A stretch of 64,000 nt of DNA from Collinsella sp. (GTDB taxonomy: Bacteria > Actinomycetota > Coriobacteriia > Coriobacteriales > Coriobacteriaceae): NCBI GenBank assembly GCA_036303765.1, contig JAXIZX010000085.1:15540-79539 (forward strand). Direction: 5' to 3'. How positions within the stretch are numbered: position 1 is the stretch's first letter; each line of letters starts with the position of its first letter. Positions 18,018-25,327 of the stretch are shown piece by piece. The notes under the pieces were generated by a model. The model was not told where the DNA came from. It did not search any database and saw only the letters and a program-made list of their open reading frames with translations. The position numbers were made by a program, and so were the translations under genes.

Positions 18018-18129
18018 GTCTGTATCTACCCAAATGTGCAGATGCGTAATCGCACAAATGCGCAAAAACGAAAATGTGCGGTTGCGTATATGCGCATATG
18101 CGTACATGCGTATGTATGCTGATGTGTGG
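18018..18129. repeat. 8-bp tandem repeat array 8 (about 13 units), upstream of the rep operon
   Basis: CTACCCAA/ATGTGCAG/ATGCGTAA/TCGCACAA/ATGCGCAA/AAACGAAA/ATGTGCGG/TTGCGTAT/ATGCGCAT/ATGCGTAC/ATGCGTAT. Confidence 0.85.
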
Positions 18130-18167
18130 GATGAAAAAGGCACAGGCCGTTTGGACCCGTGCCTGAA

Positions 18168-18503
18168 TCAGCGCGCGTCGACCTTGAGGAAAGTCGATAC
18201 CTTGATCTCGCTCTGCCCGCCGGCCTCGGCCCTGCGCGGCCGTCCGTCGAGAAACGATGCCGCCCTCGCCTCGGCCAGCTCCCCCTCGAGCACCACGGCG
18301 ACGCCGGGGGCGAGGGAGGCCGCCACGGCCATCGCCACCGGGCCGAACGCGGCGCAGTGGAACCTATGCTCCACGCGGCGCGAGCCCGCCGCCTTCTCCT
18401 GGGACAGGCAGAAGCGCGCGTGCGCGGGCCCTCTGTCCGGCTCCGTGAACTCCACGGGCCCGAACACGAGCCCCGACACCACGACCCTGTTGACCGTTTC
18501 CAA
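18168..18503 (-). CDS. divergent SSB/PriB-like OB-fold protein
   Basis: TTG start after AAGGAG; VNRVVVSG...FHCAAFG...GVAVVLEGEL; no acidic tail. Confidence 0.7.
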   Translation of the reverse strand: METVNRVVVSGLVFGPVEFTEPDRGPAHARFCLSQEKAAGSRRVEHRFHCAAFGPVAMAVAASLAPGVAVVLEGELAEARAASFLDGRPRRAEAGGQSEIKVSTFLKVDAR

Positions 18504-18773
18504 ACCCCGACTCCTTCCTTCCCAAGCCATCCGTCTCGGAGGGTAAGCCGCCGGCTGCGGCGGCCTGGGGCTCTTTATGCCCACTGAGGGGGAGTTTCAA
18601 CGCGCGGGTTGCGCGATTTACGGCAAACGAAGGCGCTTTTCTCCATAAACGGTCCATATGGAGAGAAAAACACAACTCGATCGATAGCATTTTCGCGGTT
18701 CGCCCATGGGATTGGTCGGCATTGGGTCGGAATCGGAGCCACGGGGTCTCGAGGTTTCCACGCCCTAAAAATG

Positions 18774-18798
18774 AAAAAGCCCCCTGAACAGGGGGTTT
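18774..18798 (-). terminator. intrinsic terminator, possibly bidirectional
   Basis: minus strand AAACCCCCTG-TT-CAGGGGGC-TTTTTCATTTTT. Confidence 0.7.
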
Positions 18799-19058
18799 GT
18801 AAATAGGAGGGAGCGATAATTGCAGCCATCGAACAGCACCATATGCTGACGTCCTGCGGTTCCATTTCCGGTCATCTCGTCACCATCCCGTATCAAATCA
18901 TCAAACACATTCCGACATCTGCGCTGCTAGAAGCATAAATTGCCGTTCATGTGGGCGATAGGTCGAATTACCCTGTCTCCATCGAAATAACCGCCCCCGG
19001 AGCCATCTCGAGCCATCCGGGAGGCACGTTTCCACATCATGCGAAGGGAGGCGGCACG

Positions 19059-19970
19059 TTGCCGGAATCAAGGATAAGATCGGTCAGGGAGCTCAGATGC
19101 GGCGTGTGGGAGGTTGACATCATCGACGCGTCGCGCAAGAGGCTGCGAAGGAGGTTCCGGGCGGAAAGCGCGGACGGGGCGCGCGCGGCGGCGCTCGCAT
19201 CCCTGCCGGGGCCGAAGGCGTGCACGCTCGGCGAGGCGCTGGACCGCTACTTCGAGATCATCGCGGTCAAGGGGACCACCAAGAAGACTATCGCCCACTA
19301 CCGCAAGGAATGCAGTGCCCTCGGGGCGATAGCGGGCTGCGCCGTCGACTCGATAAGCCCCGCCGCGGCGGCGGCCGCGCTCGAGTCGGCCGAGTCCCGC
19401 GGCGTCTCGCGCGTGCGCTGCTACCGGCTCAAGACCATCTGCGCCGCCGCCGGCAGGCATGCGCTCGCCGAAGGGCTGTGCGCCTCCAACCCGTTCTCCG
19501 AGGTCCCGTTCGACGTTCCCCGGCCGCCCAGGAAGAAGCGCCCGATCTCCCCGGCGGGCCTCAAGGCCGCGCGGGCGCTCGGCGCATCCGGATCCGGGCA
19601 TTCCGCCGCGGCCATCGGGCTCGCCCTCGGGTGCGGCCTCAAGCCCGGCGAGATCTGCGGGATACTCGCCGACGACCTCGATGCGGAGCGCATGACCGTC
19701 ACCGTCCGCGGGATCTGGCGGGAGAGCATCGGCGAGCCGAACTTCTTCGTCGCATATCCCGAGCCCTCCGTGATGCGGCTGCCGGCATGGCTCGGCGGCG
19801 CGCCGCGCTCCTGGGCCGCCGCGGCCGGATCCAGGCTGCTGCTCGAGAAGAACGGCCGACGCCGCGACGTGGAACACCTCAGGAGCGACACGAACGAGCT
19901 GCTGCGCATCGTGGGCGCCGGATGCACGCTCTACGGGCTCAGGCTCACCCACGATGAAGGGGAGGCGTGA
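19059..19970 (+). CDS. degenerate tyrosine recombinase-like protein
   Basis: integrase-like N-terminal and core domains; box I GLKPGEI; ends YGLRLTHDEGEA with no catalytic Tyr region. Confidence 0.7.
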   Translation: MPESRIRSVRELRCGVWEVDIIDASRKRLRRRFRAESADGARAAALASLPGPKACTLGEALDRYFEIIAVKGTTKKTIAHYRKECSALGAIAGCAVDSISPAAAAAALESAESRGVSRVRCYRLKTICAAAGRHALAEGLCASNPFSEVPFDVPRPPRKKRPISPAGLKAARALGASGSGHSAAAIGLALGCGLKPGEICGILADDLDAERMTVTVRGIWRESIGEPNFFVAYPEPSVMRLPAWLGGAPRSWAAAAGSRLLLEKNGRRRDVEHLRSDTNELLRIVGAGCTLYGLRLTHDEGEA

Positions 19971-21292
19971 GGGGCATGCACTACGAAAGGGTCTCCCTCG
20001 CCCGCCGCGGCGGTTCATGGAGGATGAGCTACCGCGCGGTCTACGATGCCGAGCACAAGGGCGATCGCAAGTGGGCCACGATCGGGGCGGCGGCGAGCCG
20101 CGCGGAAGCCGAGCACCTTGCGGCCGAATACCTCTACAACCTCCCCCGCGACCCGGAAGACGAGCGGCGGGCCGAAGCCATCGAGGCGACGGAGGGCCGC
20201 ATGCCCACGGTCGGCGAGCTCAGGCGGGACGACATCGACCATGCGCTCGCCGTCGGCGCCATCGAGAAGTCGACGCATGCCGGCTATTGCCGCCACGTCA
20301 GGCTCCTGGGCGACCTGGGGGAGATCCCCGTGGACAGGGTCACCGCCCAGGACGTGCAGCTCTACGTCGACTCGCTCGTCGAGGACGGGTACTGCTCCGA
20401 GACCGTGAACCATATGCTCTGGACGGTCAGGGACACCCTCGAGCTCGCCAGCTTCCGAATGCTCCGGCCCCCGCTCGACCTGCGCAGGATCCGCGCGCCC
20501 AAGCACGACCGCCCGCTTCCCCGCGCGCTCTCCGCGGAGGAGAAGAACGCGCTTCTCGCCGCCCTCCCGTGCATCCGCGGCCCGCTCGACGCGATAGTGC
20601 GGCTCGCCCTGTTCGCGGGCCTCAGATGCGGGGAGATCTGCGCCCTGCGCTGGGCGAACGTCGATTTCAAGCGCCGCATGATGCGCATCACCAGCGCCAT
20701 CGGCACCCTGCCCTCCTCCAACGGCTACCTCAAGGGGCCGAAGAGCCCGGCCGACATGAGGGCGCTGCCCATCGCGGACGGGCTCATGGAGGGGCTGGAG
20801 CGCAGGTGGGCGGAGCAGGAGGCCCGCTGCCGCGATGCCGGCGTCCCGTTCGCCGACGACCTCTTCGTCGTCGGCGACATCGACGGCGCGTTCATGGTGC
20901 CGAGATACGCCAACCAGCTGTTCAGGACATTCGTGCGGACGTTCAACATCGGCGGCGGAAAGTGCGGCCTGCACCGCCTGCGGCACACCTTCGCCACCGA
21001 GCTCATCATGTCCGGGGTCAACCCTAAGACCGTGTCCAGCTGGCTCGGGCACACGGACCCCTCCTTCACGCTTAAGATCTACGTGAGCTCCAGCCCGGAG
21101 AACCTGCGCGCGAGCGTCGACGCCGTCAACGAGGTCATGGCCCTGCCGGAAGGATATGCCGGACAGGGCTCCGAGCTGCCGGCGCGCATCCAGGGCGACG
21201 AGAAGAAAGAGGAGGCGGAAGAGCCCGCACCCGATCCCAAGGCGCCGCGGCCGGTGAAGATCATCTCATGGGAATCGCTCGCGTGCGGCTAG
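19967..21292 (+). CDS. tyrosine integrase/recombinase
   Basis: AGLRCGEICALRW, HRLRHTFAT and WLGH...TLKIY give a complete R-H-R-H-Y set. Confidence 0.93.
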   Translation: MRGMHYERVSLARRGGSWRMSYRAVYDAEHKGDRKWATIGAAASRAEAEHLAAEYLYNLPRDPEDERRAEAIEATEGRMPTVGELRRDDIDHALAVGAIEKSTHAGYCRHVRLLGDLGEIPVDRVTAQDVQLYVDSLVEDGYCSETVNHMLWTVRDTLELASFRMLRPPLDLRRIRAPKHDRPLPRALSAEEKNALLAALPCIRGPLDAIVRLALFAGLRCGEICALRWANVDFKRRMMRITSAIGTLPSSNGYLKGPKSPADMRALPIADGLMEGLERRWAEQEARCRDAGVPFADDLFVVGDIDGAFMVPRYANQLFRTFVRTFNIGGGKCGLHRLRHTFATELIMSGVNPKTVSSWLGHTDPSFTLKIYVSSSPENLRASVDAVNEVMALPEGYAGQGSELPARIQGDEKKEEAEEPAPDPKAPRPVKIISWESLACG

Positions 21293-21309
21293 CCCGGGGA
21301 TTCGCAGAT

Positions 21310-21335
21310 GCACGGGCGCGTTTCCGCGCCCGTGC
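21310..21335 (+). terminator. hairpin after the integrase
   Basis: GCACGGGCGCG-TTTC-CGCGCCCGTGC; no U-tract. Confidence 0.5.
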
Positions 21336-21411
21336 GTACATGCGTAAATAAGAAAATGCGCGAATGTGCGTATGCGCATGTACGCGTTTGGGTATATGTG
21401 CGAATATGAAA
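21332..21411. repeat. 8-bp tandem repeat array 9
   Basis: GTGCGTAC/ATGCGTAA/ATAAGAAA/ATGCGCGA/ATGTGCGT/ATGCGCAT/GTACGCGT/TTGGGTAT/ATGTGCGA. Confidence 0.8.
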
Positions 21412-21427
21412 CCGCACCGCGTCCGGC

Positions 21428-21441
21428 TTCCCGTGCGGGAA
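21428..21441 (+). promoter_or_regulatory. TTCCCG-N2-CGGGAA box
   Basis: TTCCCGTGCGGGAA, 30 bp before GATAAT (21472). Confidence 0.65.
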
Positions 21442-21525
21442 GGGCGCATTGCGCTCGGCGCGGCGCGGGCGGATAATCGGCAGGGCGCGGCATCCCGCCG
21501 CGCCACCATCCAAGGAGCGACCACC

Positions 21526-22269
21526 ATGGGCCTTTTCAAATCGAAGCGCGACATCCCCGACGAGGAGATCTACCGCCCCGGGGACAGGTACTTCGACCCC
21601 GAGCTCGTCAAGTCCAGCGACCTCATGAGGCGCTGGTCGGACCTCTACAACGCACACGAGGCCTCGACCCATGTGGTCGAGGAGGGCTACACCGCGGAGA
21701 TCGCCGTAGTCGGCACGCTCTACGACACCTTCTACATGACGGGCGACATCGACGTGCCCGGCGCCGTCGAGATGTGCTTCACGCCCGAGCAGATCCGCGA
21801 GCACCCCGAATACGTCACGTACAACGCGTTCATCCCGCCCCACCAGCTCGGCTACACCATGGACGAGGTCGACACGTCGCGCACGCATTGCAGCGTCGTG
21901 AACTACGTCGCCGTGCCCGAGGGATATTCCGTCGCGCTCGGGCAGGACGGCCGGCTCCACCTCTACGACCCGCAGGACAACGTGTGCTGCGTCACGATGC
22001 CGAAGATGTTCCAGCCCTGGTTCGATATCGAGTCGCCCATGGGGCATATAGGCACCCAGGCGCGCCGCCGCTACCTCGTCAGCACCCGCAGCCCGTTCGA
22101 GGACGTCGGGCATCCCGCCCACCGCTTCGCCGAGCACGACGACCCCGAGACCGGGGAGCACTGGATCGACACCGACGCCCATGCCATGAGGGCGCCGTCC
22201 ATCGCCGAGGACGAGCCTGTGCAGGCGGAGGCGCCGTCGTGCGCCCGCGCGCTCCCGCGCAAGGGCTGA
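21526..22269 (+). CDS. hypothetical protein
   Basis: AAGGAG RBS; MGLFKSKRD...; strong coding bias. Confidence 0.75.
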   Translation: MGLFKSKRDIPDEEIYRPGDRYFDPELVKSSDLMRRWSDLYNAHEASTHVVEEGYTAEIAVVGTLYDTFYMTGDIDVPGAVEMCFTPEQIREHPEYVTYNAFIPPHQLGYTMDEVDTSRTHCSVVNYVAVPEGYSVALGQDGRLHLYDPQDNVCCVTMPKMFQPWFDIESPMGHIGTQARRRYLVSTRSPFEDVGHPAHRFAEHDDPETGEHWIDTDAHAMRAPSIAEDEPVQAEAPSCARALPRKG

Positions 22270-22270
22270 T

Positions 22271-22366
22271 TCGCGCAGATGTCCAGATTCCTAACTGCGC
22301 AGATGCGCAGCTATAGATATATGCGCATGCGCATATATGCCGGTGTGCTGATGTGCGCACGCGCAC
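22271..22366. repeat. 8-bp tandem repeat array 10, between convergent genes
   Basis: TCGCGCAG/ATGTCCAG/ATTCCTAA/CTGCGCAG/ATGCGCAG/CTATAGAT/ATATGCGC/ATGCGCAT. Confidence 0.75.
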
Positions 22367-22369
22367 GGC

Positions 22370-22738
22370 TCAGAAGTCCTCGGCCATCGCCCTCGCGACG
22401 TCGAGCAGGGTCCTCTGCTTGGCCGGGCCCATCATGTCGTAGTAGGTCCGCATCTTGCGCCAGCGCAGGGCCGACTCGTCCTTCTTCCTGCCGCCCGCCC
22501 TCGGGTCGCCGATCTCGGTGAAGGCCGTGACCATGTTCACGCCGTACTCGTTGAGCAGCGAGCGCAGGTCGGCCGGCGACACCCACAGGGTCCCCGCCTC
22601 GTACTTGTACACCGTCGTGGCCTTCTTGCCGATGACCGCTCCCGCCTCATCGCCCTTCAGCCCCGCATCGTAGCGGTAGCGCTTGAGCTGCGCCGCCAGC
22701 TCGGACTTCTCCGGAACCCTCGACCTCATCGAACGCAT
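22370..22738 (-). CDS. XRE-family repressor
   Basis: LKRYRYDAGLKGDEAGAVIGKKATTVYKYEAG HTH; divergent from the Cro/Xis-like genes. Confidence 0.8.
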   Translation of the reverse strand: MRSMRSRVPEKSELAAQLKRYRYDAGLKGDEAGAVIGKKATTVYKYEAGTLWVSPADLRSLLNEYGVNMVTAFTEIGDPRAGGRKKDESALRWRKMRTYYDMMGPAKQRTLLDVARAMAEDF

Positions 22739-22897
22739 CACTTTCCTTCCATGCCGAAACGCGCGGGGCCTTTCTACCCCGTGCGGGCAAGTATCGCACC
22801 GCATCGGGTCCCCCCGTTCATATACTGTTCCCGTCGGGGGTCGATACGGCCCCGGTACTTTCGGTATCGGAACACGGAACGGGAAGGCTTCCGACAT

Positions 22898-23137
22898 ATG
22901 AACAGAAAAGACGGCATACACCTGGACGCCCTCGCCGCGGCGCTCGGGGAAACCGGCGACACGGCGCTCGACATCGTCCGCGGCACGGGGATTCCGCTGC
23001 CCAAGATCCTGAGGCTGCTCGGGCTCTCCACGACGTCGCGCGCCGCGCCCGCGCTCGACGGGCTCGAGATCGTCCAGCTCTGCCTCTACGCGGAGCTCCC
23101 GCTGTCCGCCGTCATGGACGCCGAGGAGGACCAATGA
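22898..23137 (+). CDS. small Cro-like HTH protein (tentative)
   Basis: TALDIVRGTGIPLPKILRLL; position opposite the repressor. Confidence 0.55.
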   Translation: MNRKDGIHLDALAAALGETGDTALDIVRGTGIPLPKILRLLGLSTTSRAAPALDGLEIVQLCLYAELPLSAVMDAEEDQ

Positions 23138-23364
23138 GCTCAGTCATCGAGGACCTGGCGGCTCTGCCGAGATTCCTGACCGTCAAGGAGACGTGCGCCT
23201 TCCTGGGCGTCAGCGCGTCGACCGTCAAGAGGTTCGTCAAGTCGGGGGACCTCAGGCAATGGACCCCCGAGCGGGGGCACCGCAAGATAACGCGCGACTC
23301 CGTCGCCAGGCTCGTCGGGGTCGATCCCGCCTGCATCCCGAACAGGCGGAAATCGACTGAATAG
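23134..23364 (+). CDS. excisionase-like HTH_17 protein
   Basis: FLTVKETCAFLGVSASTVKRFVKSGDL. Confidence 0.8.
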   Translation: MSSVIEDLAALPRFLTVKETCAFLGVSASTVKRFVKSGDLRQWTPERGHRKITRDSVARLVGVDPACIPNRRKSTE

Positions 23365-23515
23365 AAACTCAGACAATTGGTTATAATGCCACCGTCGATG
23401 GTCCGGCCTGCCGACTGCATCGACCTCACCACCTGACCTTCCGCCGACCCCGGCCACGCCACCTGACCCCAGCAGGCCCATATCCACACCTGCTCTACAG
23501 AAGGGGTCAGAAGAA

Positions 23516-24583
23516 ATGGCAGCAGAAGACGAGGCGGTACAGCTCGCGTTCAGGACCGGCACGGCAGCCGTGCAATCAGCCTCAGAAATCATCAAGTACC
23601 TGCTCGAGGGCCTGGCCCAGGCGCGGCGAGCCCGCGCGGCCGGCAACAGGAACGACCGCATACCGGCGAGATTCGCCCGCGCCCTCACGCACGGGGCCGC
23701 GAACATGGTCGACGGCCACGGCGAGAAGGGCATCGTCTCCGCCGAGACCGTGCGCGCCCAGAACCCGGACCAGTACCGCGAGGCCATGGTATTCCCCGGG
23801 GCGGTCGCCGACAATCGCGAGGACATCCAGAAGCTCAAGCGCGAACTCATGAACCACGGAGTGAAGTTCTCCGTATTCGACACCGTCAACCCCATGGACG
23901 GAAGTCCCGCGGTCTCCATCGGCATCCAGGGCCGGGACATGGACATCATGACCCAGGCGCTCATCAACATCGGCGTCGAGTCCTTCGGCATGGACCGCAA
24001 GGAGCTCGAGGAGTGCGCGCGCGGCATCGAGCGCGACGACCAGGACCGCTATCCCCGCGCCTTCAAGCGCAACGGCATCAACTGGGAGTTCGAGCGCACC
24101 GGCGACGGCCGCAACAGCTGGGTCGGGTCGGCCGGCGGCCACTCCCGAGAGCAGTACCGCGTGACCCTCGACCCGGACGACGAGAACAAGGCCTCCTTCG
24201 AATGCACCCGCAACGGCCGCCCCGTCGCCAGCGCCGAAGTCGACGCCACCCAGGGACCCGAGCTCTGGAAGACCGGCTCGGACGGAGCCAAGGAGTTCTA
24301 CAACGAGATGAAGGCCGAGGGGGCCGCGTTCGCGGCCGCGCCCGGCATGGTGCTCGAGGCCGCCATCGACCGCGGCTGCTTCATCTCCGAGAACAAGAAG
24401 AAGATCGACCCGAAGCAGGCCGCGGCCGCCGAGAAAAACGCCGCGCTGCTCAGCGAGGCCTTGGGAAACTCCCGGGCCGCCTCGCCTGAGTCCCCCGTCG
24501 GACAGACGAAGGCGGCCAAGAAGATCGCCGAGAGCAAGATGCAGCCCTCCATGCCCGCGCGCAACGAGGGGATGCACCGATGA
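23516..24583 (+). CDS. PcfB/DUF3801-like conjugation protein
   Basis: AVQLAFRTG...DIQKLKRELMNHGVKFSV; position ahead of virD4. Confidence 0.65.
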   Translation: MAAEDEAVQLAFRTGTAAVQSASEIIKYLLEGLAQARRARAAGNRNDRIPARFARALTHGAANMVDGHGEKGIVSAETVRAQNPDQYREAMVFPGAVADNREDIQKLKRELMNHGVKFSVFDTVNPMDGSPAVSIGIQGRDMDIMTQALINIGVESFGMDRKELEECARGIERDDQDRYPRAFKRNGINWEFERTGDGRNSWVGSAGGHSREQYRVTLDPDDENKASFECTRNGRPVASAEVDATQGPELWKTGSDGAKEFYNEMKAEGAAFAAAPGMVLEAAIDRGCFISENKKKIDPKQAAAAEKNAALLSEALGNSRAASPESPVGQTKAAKKIAESKMQPSMPARNEGMHR

Positions 24584-25323
24584 TCGACCTTGAGACCCTG
24601 GCCGCCTCCTGCGCGACGATGGCCGACGAGATTGTCGCCCGCGGCAGCTCCGACACGTTCAGATACGACGCCGACGGCGTCCTCGAGTTCGGCGACAGCC
24701 CCGAATACTACTCGCCGATCTCCTCGTCCGCCTACCGCAGCGAATACCCCGAGACCGCCCGCGAATACGGCTACACGAGGGAATACCTCGAGCAGGCGGA
24801 GCGCCGGCTGCTCGCCTGCGTCATCGGGTACTGCGCGCTCGACGGCGAGCTCGCATCCATCCGCGACGGCGGCGAGGGCCATGACGGCTTCCGCGTCAAC
24901 CCGCTCGACGTCCACGAGGTCCTGCTGTGCGCCCGCACCGCCCCGACCGACCCGCGCGGATGCGCGGCGCTCGCGGGCGCCATCAAGGGCAACAGGTTCG
25001 TAGACGGCGAGGAAAGCTACCTCGACCGCGCGATGTCCCACATGGACTACAACTACACGAAGCTCGCGGGGTCGCGCTGGTCCTACCCCATTACCGAGCT
25101 CGACGGTTTCCTCGCCATGTTCCCGCCCGCCCGCTCCGAGCAGGGGGCCATCGCGGACCGCGTGCTCGACAGCGCCTCGATGCGACTCAAGACGTTCTTC
25201 GCCCTGTCGATGCCCATGGCCGCCCCCGCGGGCGTCCAGGATGGCGACGAGACCGAGGGCGGCAAGCACTACCACCGCGCCGCGGCGCCCGACGATGGCG
25301 GCAGCGCCGCGGAAGAGGAGTAG
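24580..25323 (+). CDS. hypothetical protein
   Basis: ATGA overlap within the transfer operon. Confidence 0.7.
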   Translation: MIDLETLAASCATMADEIVARGSSDTFRYDADGVLEFGDSPEYYSPISSSAYRSEYPETAREYGYTREYLEQAERRLLACVIGYCALDGELASIRDGGEGHDGFRVNPLDVHEVLLCARTAPTDPRGCAALAGAIKGNRFVDGEESYLDRAMSHMDYNYTKLAGSRWSYPITELDGFLAMFPPARSEQGAIADRVLDSASMRLKTFFALSMPMAAPAGVQDGDETEGGKHYHRAAAPDDGGSAAEEE

Positions 25324-25327
25324 GCCA

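Noticed and set aside
18800..18845. tRNA gene or fragment near the integrases
   Set aside because: GTTCGA and CGCTCCCTCC are present on the minus strand, but no cloverleaf or proper T-arm can be formed.
1765..22366. Octamer arrays as CRISPR arrays or coding sequence (ORFs rich in C/A/Y/M/R/H)
   Set aside because: There are no unique spacers, and the ORF-track translations through them are low-complexity by-products.
15141..23364. Prophage
   Set aside because: The replication and switch genes are phage-like, but no terminase, capsid, tail or holin genes are seen.
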